DNA from: Octopus bimaculoides
Lineage: Eukaryota
DNA: 64,000 nt
Assembly (NCBI RefSeq): GCF_001194135.2
Contig: NC_068982.1
Span: 49,523,990-49,587,989, forward strand
Direction of reading: 5' to 3'
Position 1 is the first letter of the stretch. Each line of letters begins with the position of its first letter. The notes under the pieces were generated by a model. The model was not told the origin of the DNA. It was given only the letters and a program-made list of their open reading frames with translations, and ran no database searches. Below, piece after piece: positions 40,060 to 52,652 of the stretch. The position numbers and the translations under genes were made by a program.

Positions 40060-40091
40060 TTTAATTATGTTGCTTGACATATGTTATAGAT

Positions 40092-40122
<31 letters not shown>

Positions 40123-40189
40123 TGCACACATATACAGAGAAAGAGAGAGGGCGAGGAGAAAGGACAGAAAAACTGGAAAATATTTTTAT

Positions 40190-40505
40190 TGATAGTGTTA
40201 CAATGATGGACTCTCCCACTGGAGATGACATATGAGTGGTCAGCTTTTTGCCAAACAACCTGCACAAATGATTTTCTTACAGTAATCAAATGTTCATGTC
40301 ACACATTAACTCACTCTCTCTGTCAAATCAACGTTGTGTGAACAAGTGTACGGTGTAGCACACGTCAGGTGTTGAAGTGATCGCAGAGCAACATGAGATC
40401 TAGTGTTTTGCTCAATAACACAATGCACTACTCAGTCTAGGAATTGAAATCACGATCTTGTGATCATGAATGCAGCGCATCTAACCACTAAGCCATGTGC
40501 CCTCA
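40190..40505 (-). mobile_element. tRNA-derived SINE (third tail type)
   Basis: Reverse-strand tRNA-like head (TGGCTTAGTGGTTAG...GATTTCAATTCC) followed by a TTATTGAGCAAAACAC body. Confidence 0.65.
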
Positions 40506-41101
40506 GTGTTTCAATGATACACATATGGAAAGCAACTTAGGACTTGACCTTCCAGGACCATTTATCAACCATCTGGTTGAAGACTCAGATCTACTAAAGG
40601 ACTAATTACTGGTTGTTAGATCTCAACAGACTAATGACATGTGGTATAAATAAGCTGGGCTGTGAGGCATGCATTCACAGCTATCTTTCCATCTGGACTT
40701 TCATATAAAGAGTAACATGCATGTATGTATGTACACTGTTGATTTTCTGGAGCCCTCTGTTCCAAAACCTTTCTGGTTTATCAGTTTTTTGACCAAAAGA
40801 AGCACCATAATAATTCCAAAACACACCTCTAAGCAAAGAACCACATACCTCCCATAACTTTAAAGAGATACCTCCATATCATGCATTGAAACAGATATTA
40901 AATGATTAAATGAAATACATGAGTATACCTGTTACAAGTTTATTAATGTTATCTGTATCAATGAAACAACGTTATAATTAGCTTTATTCAATGCAAACTT
41001 AAAATCACATAATAACAGAAAGTACAAGACACTATAGAGCTAACCACAAATATCTGGAAGTTGAAAGCTACATAAAGTTGTCACCACTACCTCTCCCATG
41101 G

Positions 41102-41290
41102 TTAACCTCCCAGAATACAGATTACATACATGTTTATTTATTCATGTTGTTTTGAATTAATCATGCATTGTTATCACATAGCTTTGAGATTTTGATGATA
41201 TGATCGTTTATTTTGAGAATGATGTAGTCTGGATCTGGACAGTTAGAATATTTTTGCCGGATGTGGTCAGTTTAAATGCTAAAGGGTTAC
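41102..41290. mobile_element. piggyBac-like MITE family 1, decayed
   Basis: Ends AATGCTAAAGGGTTA; interior matches 10219-10446. Confidence 0.7.
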
Positions 41291-42099
41291 CCTTCACTGT
41301 GCTGATTCAATTTTTGCTGGTGATGTTAGATGCTTGTCATATGCATATCAGTTCTGCCAACCTCTTTCTATAGGCTAGTAAAAATAATGTGTGGACTACA
41401 TCATATGAAATGAGGAGAGTTTCTAAACATACCTCACTATCAAAAACAAGTTAACTTGGTTACTATGTCTCAAAAACACATGCACAGAACTGGTTATATT
41501 TAGTTCTGCTCAGTTCCTGAGTGTAGGTGTTTATGAATAGAGGGAGTACCTTTCGTGTCTGGCAGCTGCACTTTGCCTGAAATGGTCAGGTGGACAGGCA
41601 TCACTGGTCCTCATTCAACTCCTAATCACTCATTTGATGACTCCTAGTGCCACACCTAAGTATCTCACTTCATCTAAACTGAGACGATATTAACACTGCA
41701 CCAGTCAGTGAAAGACTCTAGGTAAGGCTTCTCAAGGAGTCACTGCCTAGGGAAGTGGAACTTGCTCAAGTCAACAACCTAGTTTTTGGGGTCAAAGCAT
41801 GTTTCAGGTAGAGACACATGGTTGTTGCTAACAGCTTGGGGACTAATGGGTATCACCAAGCTAATTTGTCCATGGTATAGTCATGATGATGATGACCAGG
41901 TCATGACCCATACCAGATCAGTGGTTGCCAGTTTAACATCAAAGGGTAGACTGACCTCAGTTTCACTGAATTACAGAGAGCAGCAAAAGACTGAGAAAAG
42001 TGGCAAAATCTGGATGCAATGTCATTACTGTATGCCCTAATGACCACATGGTCAAGGGATAAGAAGGAAAAAAGGGACTCAGTTTTCATACAGTAAGGG

Positions 42100-42725
42100 T
42101 CAACCCTTTAGCATTTCAATTGGCCATATCCAGCCCAAATATTCTATCTGTTCATACTGGCTTGATCCAGCCTTTTACATCTACTGGACAATGTCATTTT
42201 AAAAACAAACAGTCACATGATCAAAATCTTGAAGCTATGAGATAATTTACAATAATAATCATGAAATTCTGATTGTCCATCTGGGATCCCTGTATTTCAA
42301 TCTACATTTGCTCTACGTAGACATCTTATACGTATTTGGAATCAGGATGATCCCTGGATTGAAAATCTGCCCTTCGTTTGGTTCTTGAACATCCAGCATT
42401 GGGATCAGGTCTGGATGAAGATTTGTTATATTTGTTATACAGTTGAAAATTCAGATTCTAAGAGAATTCCAAAAATTTGTGATCTTACAAGTTTTTCATT
42501 TAAACTGAATTCAAAATAATACCATATTGGTAGGGTACCAATAAATGCTTTATTATTTTATTGCTCTCTTCAGTTTCTGGGCCACAGGCCCAATTAGCCC
42601 TCCGCAGGAGATAGCATAAAAGTCCACATGGAGTGTGGCTCTTAAGCAAGTGCAAAATGATTTCAAAAGAATCTGGATAAATAAACATTGCATTTGACAA
42701 AATAATCTGAATGCAAAAGGGATAA
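42100..42725. mobile_element. piggyBac-like MITE family 1 interrupted by an about 400-bp unrelated insert (about 42252-42657)
   Basis: Left half 42100-42250 and right half 42657-42725 are collinear with the family interior. Confidence 0.65.
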
Positions 42726-43324
42726 ATCCTTTGTCACATGGTGGGCTCTTCTTTGTTTAAAACCATTTACTTTCATTGACATGTTTCCTAATATTAGTCA
42801 CCATGCTGTCTCAACCAAAAACACACATTTGACTCCACTTTATATAATTTTCTCCTCTTTTTCTCCTTTCAGCCATCTTGATGAAAACCATCAGCCCAAA
42901 ATGTCAATATCATTCTTTTCCTTTTGAAGTGCAATACATTTGTACGTCATTTCATCATTTATCCTTTTTCTTTCTTTATCTCCCATCATTTACTTAAGAA
43001 TATGTCAAGCAATATACTCTGGCTCATGGTGGATAATAACTAGCTGAGAACAGACCAAGACAAGCAATGAGATTTCAATCTTGCTTCGAAATCAACTCAT
43101 TTCAGTTATGTAACTAATAGCTTTCAAAAAAGCAAGACTGTCTTGTGCCCTATTTCCTTCTTCCTTTAAATACAAGGCTTTTGTGCCTTCTTGAAAAAGA
43201 AACCAATATATTTCAACACAAGAAACGAAAGAAAATGTTTATGTAAAGCAAAAAGGGTTATGTATTTACAGTATAGAAGTAGATCGCAGTTTAGATACTC
43301 TTCCTTCCTTTCTTTTCTCTTCCT

Positions 43325-43347
43325 TTGTGTATCTGTGTGTGTGTGTA

Positions 43348-43395
<48 letters not shown>

Positions 43396-43461
43396 TAGAT
43401 ATATATATGCACATATACATGTATATGCATACATCTACATATACATACATATGTGTATGTG

Positions 43462-43506
<45 letters not shown>

Positions 43507-43772
43507 TATATACATATACGTGTACACATATACATATGTATATATATATACATGTATACATCTACATGTACATACATACATATATATATATATATACATA
43601 TGTATACATCTACATACATATATTTATATATATATATGTATATATGTATGTGTGTATACATCTACATACATATATATGTGTGTACACATATATATATATA
43701 TATATATACATACACATGTATATGTATATACACACATATGTGTGTATACATATACACACACACACATACATC

Positions 43773-43840
<68 letters not shown>
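43325..43840. repeat. Long compound (TA)n/(CA)n/(TACA)n microsatellite
   Basis: Direct reading; source of many spurious ORFs. Confidence 0.95.
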
Positions 43841-44188
43841 AATAATCAGAAATATAGTTAGCATAATAGTTGAAAGGAAGCTTTTAAAAGATGAGTTGAA
43901 AAGATGAGTTCAGGCATAAAAAGCTAAAATATTGCAGCTCTGAATTCATGGTAACCAATAACCCAGCACCTTTAGCAAAGCTGACATCATGTCTTTTCAC
44001 TGTATATACATTTTTAGGAAAACCATTTCATTCCAAATTAAATAGCTTGCAATGAGAAAAATCAGATTTTACTCGCAGTGAATACTTTTGAAATCATTTT
44101 GTAAAAATCCACTTTATCTTTTATGTCTCTAGAAACAAACACAACAAACGGAAAAAAGAAGAGAATAAAAATCCTTATTGCAACTTAC

Positions 44189-44295
44189 CTTGATTGACAT
44201 TTTGCTGTTTACTTCTGCTTGAATTGTCAAAAGTAACAACTTTTCTATCATTGGTCATTTGAATTTCTTGTCCCTGCGTCAGAGGAGTATAGTTA
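44189..44295 (-). CDS. Internal coding exon of an unidentified gene (phase 2->1): NYTPLTQGQEIQMTNDRKVVTFDNSSRSKQQNVNQ
   Basis: Strong acceptor ttatttccattttcattttcaaaatatttccag, consensus donor AAG|GTAAGT, 107 nt, open frame. Product not recognised. Confidence 0.75.
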
Positions 44296-44562
44296 CTGGA
44301 AATATTTTGAAAATGAAAATGGAAATAATTTAACGAGCGGAGACTAAAAGATTTGAATAATCAGAAATATAGTAGATGAAGAAATTGAATACAGCACAAA
44401 ATATTAAATACTTAGAAAGTTGTCTTGCCGAGAAGCTACAGCACCATTAAAACCGTGTATTATGTAAAGTGTCATAAATTTGTGTGTATGCATGTGTATG
44501 TATGTAAGTTTACATTAAGGAGTGGAACATGCAATTACCTGTAAGTCACACTGTCTCATGGT

Positions 44563-44783
44563 CCCAGCAGACAAAATGGGAAATGCATTGCCCCAGAGGA
44601 TGGTGAGGAAGATGCACTTGAACAGCCACTATGACTCATAGAGTCTGCACTCACAGACAGCTATCTTCACTCCCAACAGCAGCAAGCAGGGATATATGCC
44701 AGGAGCCAAGAGTGCCAAAGGTCTCCACTGCTACAGGCTCAACCATAAACCTGTCAGACAATGACTGATACTTTTTCCAATGG
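44563..44783 (-). mobile_element. CRE-like non-LTR retrotransposon restriction-like endonuclease C-terminus, decayed
   Basis: KKYQSLSDRFMVEPVAVETFGTLG..ISLLAAVG, then WLFKCIFLTILWGNAFPILSAG. Matches the KY..L..P.AVET.G..G / QR.S.A..RGNA pattern. Confidence 0.7.
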
Positions 44784-44869
44784 GATATTATTCTACATAA
44801 AAATAACCATATGATATTCAAAACTCTGGTAGGTGGCACCTACGAGAGTTTACATTTTAGTGTGCTGTT

Positions 44870-44912
44870 TAACCCTAACACAAAACCCTAACCCTGACCA
44901 TAATCCTAACCC
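44870..44912. repeat. Degenerate interstitial (CCCTAA)n telomere-like tract
   Basis: TAACCCTAACACAAAACCCTAACCCTGACCATAATCCTAACCC. Confidence 0.6.
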
Positions 44913-47900
44913 AGATGAGAGTAGACTAGGAATAATCTGGTAGAGTACATGCTAAAATAGCACCCTCTAGTGTTTTACTTTGTTCTAGGCAAGACTGCAT
45001 CTAATGGTGAAGTTCCAGCTCAAGAGGTCAGGAGATTTGTGGGAGTGTGAAGTTCTCACTTGGTCATCACTACTCCCTATCTGCTCTTGTGTGAGAGGGC
45101 CCCAGTTAGGGGTCAGATAGTAGGAAATAGTCCTGTGTCTTAGGTAACTAGGACTCCGAGGAGGGTTGGTCCTAAGCAAGTGTGACACACTTGTCTTTGG
45201 ACATGCCCTAATGTCACATTAATCAGTCCCCAGCTTAAGGGATCAACAGGCCCTGTGGCTAAAGGATAAGTTCAAGAGACCAGGATACCAGTAGAATAAA
45301 CTGTAAAATAAACCAGTGGAATGTGCAATATCTTTCCAATAAAAATTCATGAATCTTCAGATTTTGACTTGAAGGTCTTTTATTAGCAATACCTGTAAGA
45401 CAAGCATGGTAAATACTCTTTTTATCAAAAAGAGTATTTAGTTAAAGCATGCCACAATGCCTTGTATCTCCCCAAAATACATACCATTTAAGCTTATCAC
45501 ACATCAGATCAATTCCACTCTCACTCTTTTTGGTTAGTCACCAATTTCATATATATTCTTTGTAAAACCTTTTCCAAACTTCCGACTAGAAGATAAATCC
45601 ATTTACTATCGCTGATATGAAAAATACTGTACCTGCACCAAATAACAAGTTGACTGAAATATATGAAAAAACAATCATAAAATAAATATTATTCTAAGTG
45701 TGCCTGTGTGGTAAGAAGCTCACTTCTCAACCATTGTCTTGTGTCCAGTCCTGCTGAATAGCACCTTGGGTTAGTGTCTTCCATTATAGGCCCAGGCTGA
45801 CCAAAGCTTTGTCAGTGGATTTTGTACATGGAAACTGAAAGAAACCCATCCTCTGTGTGCACGCATGTGTGTGTGTGTTTATTCCCACCACCACTTGACT
45901 ACTGGAGTTGGTTTGTTTATGTTACTATAACTTAGTTTGGCAACAAGGGACTTATAGAATAAGTGTCAGGCTTAAAAATAAGTACTGGAACAAAACTGTC
46001 TGACAAAATCCTTCAAGGTAGTGCCCCAGTATAGCTGCAGTCCAAAGACTAAAACAAATAAAAGGTAGAAGATATTCTAATCATAAAACCAGTCTACCAA
46101 CATTTTTCTGCTTTCCTTTTTCCCTTCAAGATATAAAAATATAAATGATAACTATTGTATACTAATCTAGGAAATTATCATCTTGAATACAAATTTTGTT
46201 TTAAACTAAACACTTTTATAGACATAGAGGTGACACACCTCAAGCAAAAACAATAACTTCTACTCATATTTATTATACAAATTAAAAAAATAATAAATAA
46301 ATAATTGTAGGTATTTCAAAGTTTATGAAGAATAATGTCACCAAAATCAAAAATATTTTAATAACCTATTCCTCTGTTTATGTGGCATCATACTAAGTTA
46401 CATAACGGTGCCAAATACAGAACGACCAGTATCTAGACAATTTAGTTTTCATTTAACAAGCTAACAAACTCATTACAAAAAAAAAAAGAAAACAAAAACT
46501 GGAATTGCTTTCCCAATATTTAAAAATGAAAATATCTGCTCTATGGAAATTGAGAATGAAGATAATTCTTATGATAGTAGACATGATAAGACTGAAAAAG
46601 TAATATAGACAATGATAAAAAAAAAGAAATAGAAATAACAGAATAACAATTATACAGAATATGTATGTATATATATAAAGAAACAATACACAGGAGACCA
46701 GTTATGTTTTGGTTAGCTTCCAGAAAGAAAGAGCTAAATAACATTGATGAAAATTCAGCAGTCTCAGTAAAAAGCTTGAACTTTAAATAAATATTATATA
46801 GGCATGGTTGTGTGGTAAGAAGCTTGCTTCCCAACCACATGGTTCTGGGTTCAGTCCCACCGTGTAGCACCTTGGGCAAGTGTCTTTTGCTATAGCCTCA
46901 GGCCAACCAAAGCCTTGTGAGTGGATTTGGTATACACATACTTACACACAAAAACACATACATATATGCATATATATATATAAATATATATTTATACTTA
47001 TCTATGATATGTTATATAGTATATGCATACTTATAAGATTAAATATCTATAGCTACAGTCAAATAAGTATTTTGCTATTCAGCATTAATTTTTGAATATA
47101 TTTAGTTGAGCATGTTAATATATGTTAATATATGTTTATATGCATGCATAGTTATTGACCAAGGTACAGATACATTTACAGGCATATATATATATATACA
47201 CGCGTGTATAATCATGTGTATGCCTCTCTCTCTCTCTCTATACACACACATACATGCACACATTTTTATGCACATGCACTCACACATGTACAAATACATA
47301 ATCTGAATATGAAGAATATAAATATCTTTCATGCAAACTATCTTTTTAAATACTATACAACAAAGATTTTTCATACATAAATAAATAAATTTCAAACACA
47401 TACACACAAACACACACATATACATTTGATGCTTACTCAATGAAAACACAAAAATCAAATGATTTCTAAGAAATGAACAGAAACAAAGCAAATAATAATA
47501 ATAAATACATAAAAACGAAAAAAAAAAAAATTACAAGAGAAAGAGAAAATTATATAAAATTTTAACAGTCAACTGCTATGGGATTTAATTTAAATATTTT
47601 GGGATGAACAGAGCCATAAAGAATTATGGCAACTGTAAACAAAACACCAAAAATATTGTTTTCATTTTTCTTATCAAACAAAATTTCACGAGGTTGGCTG
47701 TAGTTTGTGCATCTATTTATATATATTTACTTATCTATGGAAACAACTGAGAGAATGAGGAAGGTTGTGATGGTGAAGTGGACAGATTGGAAAATATAAT
47801 GGTAACTTCACAAGAGTTTATTGGAAGGAAATGGACAGTAGAGGGAGAAACAAAAAACTAACAAAAAAAAATACCACCAAAAGAAAAAACAATGTCTGTA

Positions 47901-49314
47901 TGGTGTGTGTGTATGTGTATGCTCACGTGTACGTTTGCATGTATTTGTGTATATGCATATATGAGGACTTCTGTGTGTGTATCTATTACGTGTAAGAATT
48001 TATGTACAAATGTGACATCAATGTGTTTATATGCATGTGTATGTATGAACATATATATATATATATATATATATANNNNNNNNNNNNNNNNNNNNNNNNN
48101 NNNNNNNNNNNNNNNNNNNNNNNNNNNNNNNNNNNNNNNNNNNNNNNNNNNNNNNNNNNNNNNNNNNNNNNNNNNNNNNNNTATATATACACATACATAT
48201 ATGTGCATATAATTACATATATAGGTGTATGTATGTATCATGAGAGAGAGAGGGGGGAGAGAGATAGGGAGAGAGGGGGAGAGAGAAAGAGAGAAAGAGC
48301 CAAGAAAATGGATAATGAAGTTCAGTTTTGAAAGAATATATCTTCACTTTGTTAGCTTAATATTTTTTGCTCCTTTTCATTATTTCAATTTTGCTATTGT
48401 TGATAAATTACTTTCAGAGAAGAAATTTTCTTTCTTTCCCTTTTGGCTTTGTTTTTCTTTGTTAAAAAAGAAAATTTTAGCTATCAACTAGACTGAATAA
48501 GTCAAACATGCAAGAACTTCTATCTATACTTTTTTTGTCAGTTTTTCTTTCAAGTAATCTTGTTATTGTAACTACTAAGAAGAGCAAAGTGGGACTTACA
48601 CAGTAAATATAATCTCAGTTATTTTTACCTACAGTATATCAAAATCAATACTTTGAATTTGAATGCCACATCAGCTACAGCTTCAACATTCTTTGAATCT
48701 CATCTTTCTTTGACTAGCCATTTATTAAGATTTGCAGACAACAACCTGAACTCCTCACCAGGCTAATATTTCTTTCAAGATTATTCAATACGAGGGGTAA
48801 TCCAATTTCTTTCAGTGTCCAATAAACAAAAGTAATAATTGAAAGTCCTAAATAAAACAAACAAACATGGTGACTTTTAATTATTATTTGTCACTACATT
48901 CTGAGATGAAATTCTGCCAAGGTCGACTTTGCCTTTCATCCTTTTGAGGTCGACAAATTAAGTACCAGTTCCATTCTGGGGTCAATCTAATCAACTGATC
49001 CCCTCCCCCAAAATTTCAAGCCTTGTGTCTAGAGTAGAAAAATTTATTATTATAAGTGCCGCTGGACTGGCTCCTGTGCAGGTGGCACATAAAAAACATC
49101 ATTTGAGCGTGGCCATTGCCAGTACCGCCTGACTGGCCCTCATGCCGGTGGCATGTAAAAGCACCCACTACACTCTCTGAGTGGTTGGCGTTAGGAAGGG
49201 CATCCAGCTGTAGAAACTCTGCCAGATCAGATTGAAGCCTGGTGCAGCCATCTGGTTCACCAGTCCTCAGTCAAATCGTCCAACCCATGCCAGCATGGAA
49301 AGCGGACGTTAAAC

Positions 49315-49345
<31 letters not shown>

Positions 49346-49929
49346 AAGGCAATGAGCTGGCAGAATTGTTAGTATGCTGGGACAAATATTTAGCTGTATT
49401 TCGTACGTCTTTACATTCTGAGTTCAAATTCCGCTGAGGTTGACCTTGCTTTTTCCTCCTCTCAAAGTTGATAAAATAAGTACAAGTTGAGTTGATGTAA
49501 TTAACTTCTCCCTCTCCTAAAAACTGCTGGCCTTGTGCCTAAAGTTGAAACCTTTATCATTACTATTATTAAAATGGTGAGCAAACAAAATGCTTTGTAG
49601 TAATTTCTTCTGATTTATTACAATCTAGTTTCAAATTGTGCCAAGGTCAACTTTGCCTCTTATCATTATGGTGTTGATAGAATAAAGTACCAGTTAAGCA
49701 CTGGGGCCAAATGTAATTGACTAGTACTTTTTCTCAAACTTCAGGCCTTTTACATATGTTAGAAGCAATCATAATTAAAGTGGCAAGCCTTAATAATAAT
49801 TGCTTCTAATATATGTACTGTTATCTCACCCACTTCACTCTAAAATTAGTACATCTAACAGAAAAGAGGAAAATGATTTGAAAGGATGCACAAGACCAAC
49901 AGCTCCAGCAGTTGGTTTTGTCTTTTCCT

Positions 49930-50907
49930 CCATTTCTCTGAGGTATTACCCATGCATCGCTTTCATTTTCAAGTTGTTCAATCTTTGCTCTCCATTTTCA
50001 ATTCTTTTGGGTGTGTCATTTTTTTCACTCAGTATCATGTTGCTATTTCTAACAGTAACAACCAAAGGTCTGATCTCCTGTTTGACATACTATTCCAGAC
50101 TATTTTTTCATTGACAACACAAATCTTGCATCCTATGAGACCTCTTCCTCCCTTTTTCTAGACACACACAATCTATCAACATTGCTTTTACTGTGCTGTT
50201 CTTGCTCATTGTCATTACTTTCTATCTATTTCCTCAAGTTCACTCTTTGTCCATCTAACAACACCTGTGCCATACTGCATTAAGGAGACAGCCCATGTAT
50301 TCACAGCCCTAATCTTGTTCTTTCTGTTGAGTCAACTCTTCATAATTAACTTGGTTCTCCTGGGGTAATCTTGCCTAAATTTCACTCTCCTTCATTGTTG
50401 TACTCCAGAATACCCAGATACTTGTATCCATCCACCTCAACATCCTTAATTCTCTCACCATCAAATGACAAGGCATTTATTTTTTCATGATAAATACACC
50501 ACAATAATTCCAGATTCCACCCTGGTATTCTTACTGAATATCTGCACTATTGAAACCAAACTATTTATTTCACACTCACTGAAGATCTTTAAGTCATCGA
50601 TATACAACAGGTAACACAACACTTGTTGCATATGTTTCAAGGTGAACCCTGAAGTTACTTTCTTTTAATACCTGTATGAGTAGTAACATACGGACAACAA
50701 TGGTGACAGACAATCTCTCTGAAATACACCTCTCCTGATGTTAACCTCCACCAAAAATTTGCCACATGATGTTAACTTTGTAATCCAGTTCTTCGTTGAT
50801 CTGATAAAATTCAAACTATTCTCAGCCACCTGTACTAACTCAGAACTTTCCAAAATCCAGGAATGGGGGACCATGTGATAAGCTTTCTGATAATTGATCC
50901 ACACCAC
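49930..50907 (-). mobile_element. R4/Dong-like (REL-endonuclease type) non-LTR retrotransposon RT fragment, decayed
   Basis: WINYQKAYHMVPHSWILE, RRGVFQRDCLSPLL, LKIF, GYKYLGILE, VDRLCVSRKRGGRGL. Clade assignment is by motif style only. Confidence 0.8.
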
Positions 50908-51125
50908 ACCACACCTAGATTAGTATGTCTGGAGCACTGCCTTAAAGGGTTTTAGTCAAACAAATTGACCCTAGGACTTATTCTTTGTAAACCCAGCGCT
51001 TATTCTTTTGGTCTCTTTTGCCAAAGTGCTAAGTTATGGAGATGTAAACACACCAACACTAGTTATCAGATGAAAGTGGGGGACAAACACAAAGATACAC
51101 ACACATAAATATATACATATATATA

Positions 51126-51343
51126 CAGGGTTGGTCAAAAGTCACCCGACAGTAAATCAAAATTCCATAAATATTTAATATTCAATTTTATTTATTCATT
51201 CCAGTTATAAATATTTAATAACTGAATGCTATGAGTTAAAATCATCATTCTTTTCAACATCTATCTATTTATTAGTGAAGTCTCATTCAATTGTTAAACA
51301 TAAATAAATCTTGCAATTAAATGGTGACTTTTGGCTGACCCTG
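51126..51343. mobile_element. Tc1-like MITE
   Basis: TIRs CAGGGTTGGTCAAAAGTCACC / GGTGACTTTTGGCTGACCCTG, preceded by TA. Confidence 0.85.
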
Positions 51344-51867
51344 TGTGTGTGTGTGTGTGTGTGTGTGCGTGCGTGCGTGTATATATATACGATGGGCTTC
51401 TTTCAGTTTCTATCTACCAAATCCACTCATAAGGCATTGGTCAGCCTGAGGCTATAGTAGAAGACACTTGCCCAAGATGCCACGCAGTTGGACTGAACCC
51501 AGGACTATGTGGTTGGGAAGCAAGCTTCTTAACACAGAACCACATAAACTACAAATTTACCTTTTCAAGAAACTATTTCTTGAAGATAAAAGAAATATAA
51601 TTTCTTGAGGATGTATGTGCAAGGCAAAAATAAAGAGAAGCATCACAAGAAAGAATTTATCCTGAATGGAACTTAAACAAACAGCTTTTCAATAGAAAAT
51701 TGCATTATTTTCCTAACTACCTGTACTTCATACTTTGTGAAATGAATGTTAAATATTTTCCATAAACTTTCAAAAGTGTTTATATCTTCTGAGGAGTAGT
51801 GCTGCTATATGTCTCCATGGAGACATTTGTGAAGGAAATGAATATGAATAAATTCATATAAGATGAT

Positions 51868-52024
51868 GTTCACGATGAAGATGAAGGCAACATTGATGAA
51901 GAGGAGGAGGAGGAGGGCAGGAGGGATGATGGTTCTGATGATGATTTTTCTGATAGCTATTTGATGTTTCATAGAACAGCATCGAGTGATCAGGCAACTA
52001 AACACAACATTTGCGTTTCTATGT
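51868..52024. other. Protein-like acidic/low-complexity segment, strand and coding status ambiguous
   Basis: Plus frame DDVHDEDEGNIDEEEEEEGRRDDGSDDDFSDSYLMFHRTASSDQ...; a minus frame LPDHSMLFYETSNSYQKNHHQNHHPSCPPPPPLHQ...* is also open. Splice sites are weak. Confidence 0.3.
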
Positions 52025-52612
52025 AGTCTATATTTTGATAGTTTTCCTTTGCTATGAATACATGAACTTTTACCAGATTTTATGATTCAATTATATACAT
52101 ATGTGTGTGCAAGTTTGTGTATTCATGTATGCACAGACATACAAACAAACATACATACATACACCCACATACATGAATACACATAACCAAGAAATAGTAA
52201 AATTAAATCTTTAAAATATAGAAGTTCATAGAATAAAATGAAAGAAAGAAATTATCAACTAACTGTAAGATTATAAAATAAGCATTTTGAATTGTAAAGA
52301 CAATGCAGACACCTTGAGAGCAACAAAGACCTGATTTGAATGACATCAGTAGAACTGTTCCTTGCTCACTTCACTCTAAAATTAGAACTTACATAACATC
52401 TAATAGAAAAAAAAAAAAAAAGAAACATTTATGTATCTAAAATAGAGCTGTGTGGTAAGAAGTTTGTTACCCAACCACATGGTCTCAGGTTCAGTCCTAC
52501 CGAATAGCATCTTGGGCAAGAGTCTTCTACTATATCCCTGGGCCAATCAAAGATGCGTCAATGGTTCTGGTAGACAGAAACTGAAAGAAGCCCTTTGCAT
52601 GTGTGTGTGTGT

Positions 52613-52652
<40 letters not shown>

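Noticed and set aside
42870-42915. CTTGATGA...CAAAATGTC, a possible fourth hammerhead
   Set aside because: Core, GAAA and stem II are all broken; cannot be supported.
43166-43864. Cluster of long ORFs (up to 216 aa)
   Set aside because: Translations of TA/CA microsatellite (YIYI, HTHT, CVCV).
45480-45650. Minus-strand acceptor and donor pair with a hydrophobic peptide (NLLFGAGTVFFISAIVNGFIF*)
   Set aside because: All three frames contain stops between the splice sites.
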